Source of the DNA: Candidatus Heimdallarchaeota archaeon | GTDB taxonomy: Archaea; Asgardarchaeota; Heimdallarchaeia; Hodarchaeales; Hodarchaeaceae | Direction: 5' to 3' | Assembly: GCA_020353515.1 (NCBI GenBank) | Contig: CP070695.1 | Span: 441,173-505,172, forward strand | DNA length: 64,000 nt | Shown: positions 30,349 through 40,669 of the stretch, piece after piece | Layout of the letters: each line of letters opens with the position of its first letter | How positions within the stretch are numbered: the first letter of the stretch is position 1 | Position numbers and translations under genes: made by a program | The notes under the pieces: generated by a model | The model's database searches: none | Told to the model about the DNA's origin: nothing | The model's input: the letters and a program-made list of their open reading frames with translations, nothing else

Positions 30349-31326
30349 ATGGTGTGCATTATGAGTGATGATGCGTACGTCAGGGATTTCAAGTTTCGTC
30401 CATTCGAAGGCACTTATCGAGGGAGAATCTGGCGTATATGGACAGTTGCATGGTTCAACATGACCCATCAATGGCATCGTTCACGAGTTTTCAAGATACT
30501 CATCATTTTCACTATATTTATCTTAATCCTTCCCAATATGTTTCTTTTTTCTGGAATAGAAGAGTTATTGAAGATAAAAACTGCAAATGAAATAGTAGAG
30601 GATCATTTATGGGACACGGTTCGTGATTTCGCCCGTTTCCAAGTGATGATCACCTCAATTGATGAAACAGATCCAATTTTTGACACTGGGTACTCAATTA
30701 TTATGTTAATTGGTGTCGTCATGATGGGGGCAGGCCTAATCTCAGATGATCTAAAGTATAAAGTGTCAGAGATTTATGACTCTAAAATAGATAGATATGA
30801 ATATTTATTAGGAAAATACGGCTCCCTCCTTATATTTGGTAACCTATTCTATACTTTTCCATGTGTTTTGGAATGGATCTTATTAATTGTAGGAATTGGG
30901 GGTAGTGTTGACCTTCTGGCAGCTCTCCCAGTCTTGTGTGGGGTGATATTGTTTACTGAAATCTTAACTTTGGTTCTTTCAAGTATCATTCTTGTTTTTT
31001 CAAGTTTAACACAAAGACGATTATATGCTGGGCTTTTTGCATTCATGTTTTTCCTATCGAGTACAATTGTTGTACAATCCCTCACTGGACAAACAGAAGC
31101 TTTTCACCCAATTATGTATCTAGATTTCTTCACTGTCCTCTCTGTTTTCTCTTACATATTAGCGGGTGAAATAAGTGTCCTATATTATGCTAATGCACCC
31201 GAAGGTATCATTTTTGATCTCACGGGACTAGCTGGAACCCTAGTGATCCCAACAATTTTATTATTTATCGTAGGAGGACTCTTGATATCTAGTTATCGAG
31301 TAATTTGGCGAAATTCTCATATATAA
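30349..31326 (+). CDS. ABC-2 type permease with no adjacent ATPase
   Basis: GAGLISDDL...YLLGK; about 6 TM. Confidence 0.75.
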   Translation: MVCIMSDDAYVRDFKFRPFEGTYRGRIWRIWTVAWFNMTHQWHRSRVFKILIIFTIFILILPNMFLFSGIEELLKIKTANEIVEDHLWDTVRDFARFQVMITSIDETDPIFDTGYSIIMLIGVVMMGAGLISDDLKYKVSEIYDSKIDRYEYLLGKYGSLLIFGNLFYTFPCVLEWILLIVGIGGSVDLLAALPVLCGVILFTEILTLVLSSIILVFSSLTQRRLYAGLFAFMFFLSSTIVVQSLTGQTEAFHPIMYLDFFTVLSVFSYILAGEISVLYYANAPEGIIFDLTGLAGTLVIPTILLFIVGGLLISSYRVIWRNSHI

Positions 31327-31540
31327 AAAATCTACTAGAGCTCCCACAACTATTCTATTACACCTGGTTTCGAATATTTACCTTTGATGAAGAGATTAAA
31401 GTGCCTTATAACATTCTCATACTCCAGCTAGATCTAAAAATTGCCTCATTTTTGGCTTTGTTTTTACAATATTGGGATTTAGTTTTGTTATTATCAAATT
31501 TATAGATTAATTTTGTCTGATTTTCCCTCGTAATGAATTT

Positions 31541-31978
31541 TTAGCCCTTTCTCTCTTCAGAATACCTTTGAATATTTCTCTTCAAAGAAGCATCATCTAT
31601 TAATTTCAACGCTTCCTCAGGAAAAACCCAACGATAATCATCATGTTCTGATGAGAGAGTTATTTCATCAGATGTGGTTTTACACCAGTAAGTAATTACA
31701 ATCATTTCATTATATGCAATCTTGGCTCCTCGGAAGTAATGTGAGACATCTATTGGCTTAATAATAGTTAAATCTGTTATGCCTGTTTCCTCTTTTACCT
31801 CCCTGTTTAATGTTTCCTCTGGGGTTTCAAACTGGCACATACGTCCTCCAACATCGTCCCACTGGTCACCAGCAAAATCCATTGATGGATTTCTATGGAG
31901 AAGAAGGATCTTTCCAGATCTAGAATTTTCAATAATAGCCCCAATTCCAATCATAAACTTTCCTTCTTGATTAGACAT
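31541..31978 (-). CDS. NUDIX hydrolase
   Basis: Nudix box GG...ETPEETLNREVKEETG; LSSEH. Confidence 0.95.
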   Translation of the reverse strand: MSNQEGKFMIGIGAIIENSRSGKILLLHRNPSMDFAGDQWDDVGGRMCQFETPEETLNREVKEETGITDLTIIKPIDVSHYFRGAKIAYNEMIVITYWCKTTSDEITLSSEHDDYRWVFPEEALKLIDDASLKRNIQRYSEERKG

Positions 31979-32078
31979 TATTAATCACTTTTTTCGACAA
32001 AATAATCTCTTCTATGCTCAAATATAAATACAATAGGACTGCAAATATGATTTAATAAAGATAGATTTATATTGCTAA

Positions 32079-33011
32079 TTGACTGAAATGAAACATTTGA
32101 TACCCATCGATGAGAATTTACCAAATTTCTTCCTTGTACTAGGTGAAAATGGTGGAACATACCCTTATTCTCACTCCTTACTCGTTAAAACCAATGAAAA
32201 AAAAGCAATTTTGTTTGACTCTGGATTTGGACATGATCGTGTTAGAAAAGTCTTAACTGAATTGAAAATCACTAAGGTTTTCCTATCACACTGGCATGAA
32301 GATCACATATCAGGGAATTTTTTATTAAGAAAAGAACAAGCCAAATTCTACAGTCATCCTTTGGATGCACGATTATTAAATGATATTAGCCAATTCCAAA
32401 CCTTTTACGATACAGTGGGGTCATCTATGGAGGATTTTTTCCAAGAAATTATTATTTCTATGAACCTAGAGAATTTAACTGAAATTGATGAAGTGATTGA
32501 CAACCAGATGATCGAAATCGGAGATACTCTCACGATAAAGGTTATTCATACTCCTGGGCATTCTGCAGGACATTGTTGCTACTATGAACCAAATCTCCAT
32601 TTAGTTTTCTTAGCTGATATTGACTTATCAGGATTAGGTCCTTGGTATGGATGTCTTGATTCTAACCTGGAAGATTTCATAGAATCAATCAAGAGATTAA
32701 TGCAAATAGATATTGAATACGCCATATCCAGTCATAAAGGAATTTTTATCAGTAGTAAGGAAATTAAAAGGCAACTCTTGAAATTCCTTAATATTATCGA
32801 TCTGAGAGACAATAAGATTCTAGAGGAGTTATCAGAGGATAAGCCAAGATCAATTGAGGACCTAATAGGAAAGGGGATTATCTATAGGAATTATAAACAG
32901 ATGAAAGAATATCTGTTTATTGCGGAAAGACAAATGATTTCTAAACATTTATTACAGCTTGTCAAAAGGGAATTAATCCTTAAAAATCAGGATAAGTTTC
33001 TTCTTGCATGA
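32079..33011 (+). CDS. Metallo-beta-lactamase-fold hydrolase
   Basis: SHWHEDH, TPGHSAGH, D, SH. Confidence 0.92.
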   Translation: MTEMKHLIPIDENLPNFFLVLGENGGTYPYSHSLLVKTNEKKAILFDSGFGHDRVRKVLTELKITKVFLSHWHEDHISGNFLLRKEQAKFYSHPLDARLLNDISQFQTFYDTVGSSMEDFFQEIIISMNLENLTEIDEVIDNQMIEIGDTLTIKVIHTPGHSAGHCCYYEPNLHLVFLADIDLSGLGPWYGCLDSNLEDFIESIKRLMQIDIEYAISSHKGIFISSKEIKRQLLKFLNIIDLRDNKILEELSEDKPRSIEDLIGKGIIYRNYKQMKEYLFIAERQMISKHLLQLVKRELILKNQDKFLLA

Positions 33012-33024
33012 ATTAGAACAGAAC

Positions 33025-33794
33025 TTATGACTTGTTACTTCCATCAACATTAACTACAACGAACACTGATTTATAATGTAATGTACCATACAGAAGTAAG
33101 AATAATCCTGAAAGGAAAAAAGAAATCATAAGAGGGAATATTGATTTATGAATTTGTATTTCTCCGACTGAAAACATCTGGATCTTTAAAGGTTGAAAAA
33201 TTAGATTAAAAAGGCAAGCTAGTTGAATGAAAAAGAATCCAAAAAAAAAGAATCTAGAAAATCTGTATTTATTATAGTTAGACTGTCTTTGTGTCTTCTT
33301 TAGCATTATATTATTGATTGTTACCGCAAGAACGAAAGAAAAGGTGATTAAAACTAGAAGGAATCCCCCGAATACCGAAAGTATAAGAATTCTTTCAATA
33401 ACATCATATTCTTTCAACGAAAGAATTTCTATTAACGTAAAAGTGCGCCCATGAACAACAATATCAAACCAATACTTGGAATCCTCATGATCTGGTAGAA
33501 AATTCAATATAATTCGAGATACACCTGGAAGGAAAAAAGAATCATTATCTCCTGATAGTGATGCAGGAGGAAGAAAAAAATGTTTTTGTATTCCAAAATC
33601 AAGGATCCAGTGTGTTAATGTAAAATTTAGGGTGCCTGTATTATCGATTGCAGCTGTAATATTTACCTGAAGAAGAATAGGTAAATTGAAGCTGTTCCTC
33701 CTAATTCATGTCCAATTCCACCACCAATGATTATTATAATGGCAACAAGTATCGGAGGGATTACTTTCCAATGTTGAGTCAGTTTTAAAATCAT
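33025..33794 (-). pseudogene. Membrane protein gene split by a one-base frameshift near 33665-33705
   Basis: ATG 33794 overlaps the MTase stop and gives a 43-aa signal/TM ORF; the downstream frame stays open about 200 nt upstream of the tracked TTG 33507. Confidence 0.6.
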
Positions 33795-34912
33795 TCGGAA
33801 GACCCTTGCTTTAGTTTCTCATTATAATCTAAGAACTCCATCATATAGTGGTCTTTAAATGTAGCATCCTCAATTCTACTCTGGATTTGTTGAACGTTTT
33901 CATGGAGAATCTCACTTACAATAAAACTTCTACCACATTCAATTGCGGCTTTTGCCACTGTGCCTGTTCCTGCTAGGGGATCATAAACACGCCCTGAAAT
34001 GGCATTATTTGAATCTAAAGCTGTACTACAATTGCATAGAACTTTAAGTGTGGTTCTAGGATAATATTTCTCAACTAAAGGATCAAAAATTGGCTTCCCA
34101 CATTCATTGCATACTTTTCTGGGACATGTAGCAGTTAACACACGATGTACTAATTTGAGGGGAAAAGGGGCAAAATGCTTCCCTGAGTATCCTGTAGTAT
34201 TTATTGTCCAAATTGTAGGGTAGATTACAAATGGTACATCTTCAGAATGAACCTCAATAGGCCATACACTCCGCATCAGTTTTCCTAAAGGGTGATATCT
34301 TTTTGTACGAGGCTTTCCTCGCAAACTCAATACTTCATGCATACCTGTGCTTTCTTTTCCCTCAGCAAGCTCTGCTTTGCTGGATTTACCTATCAAAGCT
34401 AGGTTATCTTTCTCAATCCACTCATGAGGGAGACGTTGGGTAACAAAATAATAGTGAGGATTCTTTATGAACCAGAAAAGGCGTTCATAATCAACTCCAA
34501 AGCGACTGGAGACTCCCCCACTAGGTCTAGCGTTTGGTTTATACCAGATAATGTCATTACGGCAAATCCACCGGTTATTATAAATCATGGTGGATTTTAG
34601 AAGTTCAGGAATAGCAGCAAGACTTAAAGAATGCCCTTCTTTTGTTTTGTTACTAATATAATTGTCAGCCACATTGACCCAGAGTGATCCATGATCCTTG
34701 AGCTTGGATTTTATTTTGTTGAAGAGAAGACAAATTTTCTCTATATATTCTTGTGGAGAACGCTCCTGACCTAATTCATTTTCAGATTCGCTATATCTTA
34801 CTTGACGCCAGTAAGGTGGACTTGTGATTACCGTATCAATCGAGTTATTAGGGAATTTTTCGATAAGTTTGAATGCATCTCCATGAAGAATTTGGTCTTG
34901 AATTTTAGAGAT
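33791..34912 (-). CDS. Beta-class N4/N6 DNA methyltransferase with Cys-rich insertion, probable ATC start
   Basis: Catalytic ITSPPYW lies upstream of the tracked start; HFAPFP, DPLAGTGT; CNECG...CNC. Confidence 0.85.
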   Translation of the reverse strand: MSKIQDQILHGDAFKLIEKFPNNSIDTVITSPPYWRQVRYSESENELGQERSPQEYIEKICLLFNKIKSKLKDHGSLWVNVADNYISNKTKEGHSLSLAAIPELLKSTMIYNNRWICRNDIIWYKPNARPSGGVSSRFGVDYERLFWFIKNPHYYFVTQRLPHEWIEKDNLALIGKSSKAELAEGKESTGMHEVLSLRGKPRTKRYHPLGKLMRSVWPIEVHSEDVPFVIYPTIWTINTTGYSGKHFAPFPLKLVHRVLTATCPRKVCNECGKPIFDPLVEKYYPRTTLKVLCNCSTALDSNNAISGRVYDPLAGTGTVAKAAIECGRSFIVSEILHENVQQIQSRIEDATFKDHYMMEFLDYNEKLKQGSSE

Positions 34913-34932
34913 GGTAAACCACCTTGTTCAGG

Positions 34933-35340
34933 TTATTGGAATCCCTGTTTTAATTTTAATACAAACTCAGGATCTTCTTTAAGTCGTTCCCTTTGTGCTC
35001 CAAAAACAATTTTATCATCGAACCACCGTGGTAGAATATGAAAGTGGGTATGATAGATCTCCTGTAAAGCAGCTTTTTCATTTCCTTGGAAAATATTAAT
35101 TCCATCACACTGGAGAACTTTTTTTAATACATTAGCTACACGACTAACTGTTATTCCAACTGCAGACATGTCATCCTCTTGGATGTCAAATAGATTCCTT
35201 GAATGGACCTTAGGAATAACAAGTGTGTGTCCTTTCGCTATAGGGTAAATATCAAGAATAGCAACGGTCTTTTTATCTTCGTAAATGCGAGTACCAGGTT
35301 TTGTTCCATTGATAATTTCACAGAATATACAGTCTGTCAT
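34933..35340 (-). CDS. HIT-family nucleotide hydrolase
   Basis: CIFC, GHTLVIPK, HTHFHILPR. Confidence 0.95.
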   Translation of the reverse strand: MTDCIFCEIINGTKPGTRIYEDKKTVAILDIYPIAKGHTLVIPKVHSRNLFDIQEDDMSAVGITVSRVANVLKKVLQCDGINIFQGNEKAALQEIYHTHFHILPRWFDDKIVFGAQRERLKEDPEFVLKLKQGFQ

Positions 35341-35557
35341 ATGTATTCCCTTTTATCAATTATGAGATTGGTTTTTCTTTTTTTGTTTCTTGAGATTTTC
35401 TAGCATTTTCGCAATCTTTGGTGTCCAAATATGTTCATATTGGACTTCAAATGGATCCATATCTACGGATACTTTGATTGAACCTTATGCTGTTTAATCT
35501 TATTGAACTCTTCTTTAATTTCCATGAAAGCAATTTCTCCTACTGTATAACCATATT

Positions 35558-37603
35558 CTAATCTAATTCAATGGTTGCCCATACCGCAGGATGATCTGAT
35601 TCTTTACTCACAATAAAATTACATTCAGAAACAGATATTCCAGATGAAACGAATATATGATCTATTCTATGGCTAATGTTATACTCAAGATCATCCAAGA
35701 AATCAGTGTTTGTCTTTCCAGCAAGTAACCATGAGTCATTTAGAGTGATAGTTGTCAAATTATATTGTTCAGTATTTGGTCTGAAATTAAAATCACCTAT
35801 AAGTACCACATTAGGTTTTCCATTCAGTTCGTCCATAATAGCCTCTTGTTGAACAATGGGGCCACCATTACCAAGATGTGTCACAAATATATTAAATGAT
35901 TTTGTACCAGCTTCAATCTGGGCTTTTATCGTTGCTGTCTGCTCTCCCTTACTGTACATGAAAAATGTCCTAGGATTTTGAATTGGATATTTCGAAAGCA
36001 ATGCAATACCAAAAGTACCTGTAACGGTCTTTGGACCATAATAGGAATACATTTTTAGGTTGTTAGCAAAATATCTAACAACGTCCATATTTCCATTGGC
36101 AATCCTGGCGGTATCGCATTCCTGTAATCCAATAATATCAGGATTAATAGATTTAACCAGCTTTAGTTGACCATTAAGGTTTTTGATACCATCTTCATTA
36201 TATCCTTGCTGGATATTATAAGTCATAACCGTTATAGAGTTTGTTGTTTCGGGAGTGGTGGGTATAGGGGTAGTTAAAAAGGCTGCTAAGACAGTTCCAA
36301 TTGTAATCAATATAATTCCTATAGATGTAATTCTGGATCCTAATGTCAATGATGGTTTCCTGAACACTAAATTTCTTTTTGTTATAAATAATGCTGGTAA
36401 CCCAACACTTACTCCTACTATTAAGTACACAAACCAAAACATGTCTCGGAAAAGAGGGCCTACAATATCGATGTAGTCATATACGGTTGTAAATACATGT
36501 GCAAAAATCATTACGACAATAAATAGTGATGCTAGAGTAAAACTACCTGCAAGTTTAACTATTGAAGGCTTACAATTATATAACTCACGAGAAATAAGTG
36601 TAAAGTCAACAAAGAGTATTGGGAAAAAAATTAACATTATTATTAACAGTATCAGATGTATTAGTGTTGTTGGAGGAGTAGTAATTGGATAACTTCCAGC
36701 TGAGGAAGGAAATTGGATTTGATTGAAGAAAATTGTAAGAACTAAGGTAAGGATAAAGACTGCATTCGCAAGCCAAATCATCCAAGGTTGTAATTTAACA
36801 AGTAAATCACGTCTAAATGTCATAAATATAACAAAAAAAGTAAGCATTAAGATTAGTAAAAGGATTATAAAGAAGTAATCTCCTTCAGTCCATCTAGAAA
36901 TGACCGTTGGACTGGCAAATGAATAATAAATCATCATTAATATTCCTATTATTCCAAAAGAGAAGCCTATCATTTTTAAAGAACTAATTGATTCTTTTTG
37001 ACTTGCAGAGCCCTCAAGATCCATTTTCTGTTCTGTTACAAACATACCAAGAATCATGATAGCCATAATTGCTGCGAGAATCCATCCAATTACTTGAAAC
37101 AAGCTGTATGTGGTAATATCAATCGTTGAACCAAGAGTTCTAAAGAGAATTGACATAGCAGCACCGATAGCTAATCCTAATCCGAGATTTACTCCATTTA
37201 GTTCTTCATCACCCATATACTTTTGTTGAAGAAATAGTGGAAAGAATATCAGAAAACAACCGACCCCAATTCCAGATGTAATCATTTTAATTTGTGTGTT
37301 TTGGACTACTAAAGGGGTTAGAATTCTACATACAACCATTAACTCCCCAACAATAACCAGAGCTTTATCAGAATTTCTCTTTTTAAAGAAAAATAATAAT
37401 AATGGAGAAAAGAAGAATAAAATGCTAAGAACATTTTCATTCAGAGACAGAGTTAGGAGACAAAGGGCATAAATTGCCTCTATGAAATCAGAAACCAATT
37501 CCAAGAAGAAGAAAAAGAGGATAGAAACTAATAATAGGTCGGAATAGTATTGTTCTAAGAATTTTTTCAATGAATGGATTGTTGACATAACTTTGGTAGA
37601 CAT
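35558..37603 (-). CDS. Polytopic membrane protein with C-terminal EEP domain (CWH43/PGAP2IP-like)
   Basis: More than 10 TM; MTYNI, GLQE, GDFN, IDHI, SDH. Confidence 0.85.
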   Translation of the reverse strand: MSTKVMSTIHSLKKFLEQYYSDLLLVSILFFFFLELVSDFIEAIYALCLLTLSLNENVLSILFFFSPLLLFFFKKRNSDKALVIVGELMVVCRILTPLVVQNTQIKMITSGIGVGCFLIFFPLFLQQKYMGDEELNGVNLGLGLAIGAAMSILFRTLGSTIDITTYSLFQVIGWILAAIMAIMILGMFVTEQKMDLEGSASQKESISSLKMIGFSFGIIGILMMIYYSFASPTVISRWTEGDYFFIILLLILMLTFFVIFMTFRRDLLVKLQPWMIWLANAVFILTLVLTIFFNQIQFPSSAGSYPITTPPTTLIHLILLIIMLIFFPILFVDFTLISRELYNCKPSIVKLAGSFTLASLFIVVMIFAHVFTTVYDYIDIVGPLFRDMFWFVYLIVGVSVGLPALFITKRNLVFRKPSLTLGSRITSIGIILITIGTVLAAFLTTPIPTTPETTNSITVMTYNIQQGYNEDGIKNLNGQLKLVKSINPDIIGLQECDTARIANGNMDVVRYFANNLKMYSYYGPKTVTGTFGIALLSKYPIQNPRTFFMYSKGEQTATIKAQIEAGTKSFNIFVTHLGNGGPIVQQEAIMDELNGKPNVVLIGDFNFRPNTEQYNLTTITLNDSWLLAGKTNTDFLDDLEYNISHRIDHIFVSSGISVSECNFIVSKESDHPAVWATIELD

Positions 37604-37693
37604 CTTTCTGTCTTAAAAAGGTTTTTATGAATAATTATTGGAGATCACAGCCTGTAGAATCATGATTTTTTTGTTTGTGCTTATACCCAAGTT

Positions 37694-38563
37694 TTACTCA
37701 CTGATCCAAGAGATATAATATTCTAAATGCGGAGGAATAGTGATACTAGGCCGTAAAAAATCCCAATCTCCTTTCAATCCTAATTCTTGAGCAGTTAAGT
37801 TGAAGTGACAAATAGCAATTCCTAAATCCACTCGTGGAAAATCAGGCCACGAGAGAAAGCGACTATACCAACTCCTTTTCCGAATAATGAAGAAATGGTA
37901 AGTATGAGTATCATTCTCCTTTATTATTCGCCAAGGCTGACGATTGGACGCTGAAGGGGCAAGTCGAATCATTTCTAAGGGTGTTTCGTATTGATCAGCT
38001 CTCTCTCGAGTAAGTGGATGATCGCAATCAACCTCAAAGAAGAGTGTCTGCCATGGATGACGATTTTTAGATCGAGCAGCCCAACGTGCAACTCTATCCA
38101 CCTTGCTTTGGCTTTTTGCTGCATAACCAACAGGAGTGATGGCTGGGACAACTTCATCATCGGTTATGTTGATTTGCGCTGCAAACCTACTGCGTTTAAG
38201 AGTTCCCCCTACCCAGCAAGTTCCCAAACCCAAATCGGTCGCATATAATACTAGCTCCTCCATGATGTAACCAAAATTTTCTAAATCATGTTCTGATTTC
38301 TTTGTTGCTCCAACCACAAAATTTTGAGCACCTTGGATGAACCCATACGTACCAAGCTGCCTTTTTACTTTAGGATTTAGTTCTGACATTTCTATTAATT
38401 CAAAACGGGTTTCTCCCTCTAAAGGGCTAGTACTGTCTCCTTGGAGAAATTCTTTCAGAAATCTCTTAGTTTTGTTATCAAGTAACTGGATTTCATATTT
38501 TCTACAAGAATAGCGCCGTTGAATGATTTCCACAATGGAAGTGGAAAAAGTCATTCTACTCAT
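37694..38563 (-). CDS. Two-domain nitroreductase-family protein
   Basis: RRYSCRKY, LGTCWVG, APSASNRQPW. Confidence 0.92.
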   Translation of the reverse strand: MSRMTFSTSIVEIIQRRYSCRKYEIQLLDNKTKRFLKEFLQGDSTSPLEGETRFELIEMSELNPKVKRQLGTYGFIQGAQNFVVGATKKSEHDLENFGYIMEELVLYATDLGLGTCWVGGTLKRSRFAAQINITDDEVVPAITPVGYAAKSQSKVDRVARWAARSKNRHPWQTLFFEVDCDHPLTRERADQYETPLEMIRLAPSASNRQPWRIIKENDTHTYHFFIIRKRSWYSRFLSWPDFPRVDLGIAICHFNLTAQELGLKGDWDFLRPSITIPPHLEYYISWISE

Positions 38564-38591
38564 TCCTCAAATCTTCTTGTATTAAGCCCTT

Positions 38592-40532
38592 TCATCCAAG
38601 AACTAGTTCAGTATAAACAGCCCGATGATCAGATACTCTTGGTGACCCAAAAATTGCACAATTAAGAACTGTCCAACTTCCTTTCAACCAAACATAGTCA
38701 ATCCGTTTTACAGCAAATCCAGAATTATTATAGGACGTCCCACTATCAGAAGTATTTCCAGATAATATCCAAGTATCTGAAAAAGTTGAATTAAGAAGCA
38801 CAAATGCTTGATCTGTCACATCTGGACGAGTATTAAAATCACCAAGGATGATAGAATTAGTAAAATCCTCTGTAATATCAAGGATTTTTACAGCCTGATT
38901 ATATCTATCAATTGTATACTTACCTGTTTGAAAATGGGTTACTACAATAGGTAATTCCCCCGCTATCTCACCAGTATCAATTTCTACCACAATCGCTACT
39001 CGTTCGATGGATTGATATGCTGGTAAGTCCTCATAATAAGCAGATAATATTGGAAATCTTGAAAGAAGAGATACTCCGTAAATTTGAGCAGAAGTTGGAG
39101 GCCCATAATAATAATAATTCATCCCAGTCTGATGAGCGAGCCATTGCACACCATTCATACTTGATGATGTAATTCGGGCACCTTCTGATTCTTGTAATCC
39201 AACAACATCTGCTCCAGATTCTAGTATGACATCCCTTACTTGTTCAAGGTTATAAAGACCTGTTTGTCCAATTGAGAAGTACTGATGAATATTGAAAGTC
39301 ATGACCTTAAGTTTACTTGTGTCTGGACTCTTTTGAACCTTAAGAAGATCATTAGTAACCACACCCAACATTGAAATAATGATTGCAGACAGGAAGATAA
39401 TACGTACAGAATTTAATACCTGTTGAGGTTTCTTTTTGAAGTTAAGAGGTATTTCAAATCTTAAGCTAGCTAAGGGGAGAAGTAATCCTGCTACAAATAT
39501 AGTAGTTGCAGCATGCCCACGAGTAAAGGCTAAAATTGAGGGCATAAACGCCCAATTCCCAGCGCTTACGTGTAAGATCAGGATGAATACCATTAAAAAT
39601 TGAAATACAGTCATTCTTAATCCAACAACCCTGGGTGATCTAATCGAGTTCTTACTCAAACCCATGTAAAGGATAACACAAATTGAAACCTGTACAGTAA
39701 AGTAAGTGATAAAGGGCATGAGATTTATCCAGAGAAGATCTATTAAGGAGAAAAGAAACAAGATTACCCACCCGAACTCCAATTTGTTTTGGGTAAGATG
39801 ACCCCCTTTTTCAAAAGTTAATAAACCACCTAGTACAAGACCAAAGATTCCAGTAAATGATATAAGTATGTAATTCCTGAAAAACCATGTAGATACGACA
39901 TTAGGAAAACCTAGGAATAAAATTTGAATAAAGAGGAAACCTATAACTGGAGGCACCCCAGTAAACGTTGATTGTGAAGATTCTATTAATCGAGGATCAT
40001 ATCTGATATTGAAAAACCAGAGTAGAATTCCTAAGCTTATCCAGAAAAGGAATAGAATCGTTCCAATAATGGTAGCATAATAAGAAGCTGTTCCGAGCCA
40101 TGAACGCAAAATAATCTGGAGTACGACTCCTAAGATTATGCTCAAAGAAAACTGTTCTTTCTCAAGTTGAATTCGGTTTACGAGCACCGGAGTAATGAAT
40201 ATCATAGCAAAAATGGCAGCAAGAGTAGCAATTAGTGTGACTGGAATAAAGCTTAATACGACCATAATTGTTGCTCCAAGGATGCAGACTGACAGAGTTC
40301 TCATCGAATGAGGATATGGTAGAATCACTTCCACAAGTCCAGTCAATAGAAAAAGAACTAAAAGAATAGTCACATTTGGTCCTGCAGTAGAAAAGTTTAG
40401 CACAAAGATCATTGTTAAAAAACGTTCTAGCTGTGTGAAGAAAAGAAAAACTATAATTGTTCCAAAAATTAATTGGAAAAGGAAATTTAATAATTCTTGA
40501 GAAAGAATCGGTTTTTTTTCCACGTTTATCAA
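38592..40532 (-). CDS. Second polytopic membrane EEP protein (CWH43/PGAP2IP-like)
   Basis: MTFNIHQ, GLQE, GDFN, IDYV, SDH; paralogue of 35558-37603. Confidence 0.85.
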   Translation of the reverse strand: MINVEKKPILSQELLNFLFQLIFGTIIVFLFFTQLERFLTMIFVLNFSTAGPNVTILLVLFLLTGLVEVILPYPHSMRTLSVCILGATIMVVLSFIPVTLIATLAAIFAMIFITPVLVNRIQLEKEQFSLSIILGVVLQIILRSWLGTASYYATIIGTILFLFWISLGILLWFFNIRYDPRLIESSQSTFTGVPPVIGFLFIQILFLGFPNVVSTWFFRNYILISFTGIFGLVLGGLLTFEKGGHLTQNKLEFGWVILFLFSLIDLLWINLMPFITYFTVQVSICVILYMGLSKNSIRSPRVVGLRMTVFQFLMVFILILHVSAGNWAFMPSILAFTRGHAATTIFVAGLLLPLASLRFEIPLNFKKKPQQVLNSVRIIFLSAIIISMLGVVTNDLLKVQKSPDTSKLKVMTFNIHQYFSIGQTGLYNLEQVRDVILESGADVVGLQESEGARITSSSMNGVQWLAHQTGMNYYYYGPPTSAQIYGVSLLSRFPILSAYYEDLPAYQSIERVAIVVEIDTGEIAGELPIVVTHFQTGKYTIDRYNQAVKILDITEDFTNSIILGDFNTRPDVTDQAFVLLNSTFSDTWILSGNTSDSGTSYNNSGFAVKRIDYVWLKGSWTVLNCAIFGSPRVSDHRAVYTELVLG

Positions 40533-40669
40533 CTCAAGTAAGAACTTTAACTAGAGTATCTTAATAAAAAGCGAATGTATTAGAGCGTTAAATAAAGTCT
40601 TTGGCATCGATAACAAAAATTAAAGAGTACAAAGATCCTACTCACTATAGTAATCAGTGGTAAGAGAAA

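Noticed and set aside
35356-35460. 34-aa minus-strand ORF MDPFEVQYEHIWTPKIAKMLENLKK...
   Set aside because: No SD; looks like the broken tail of a lost gene and cannot be supported as a CDS
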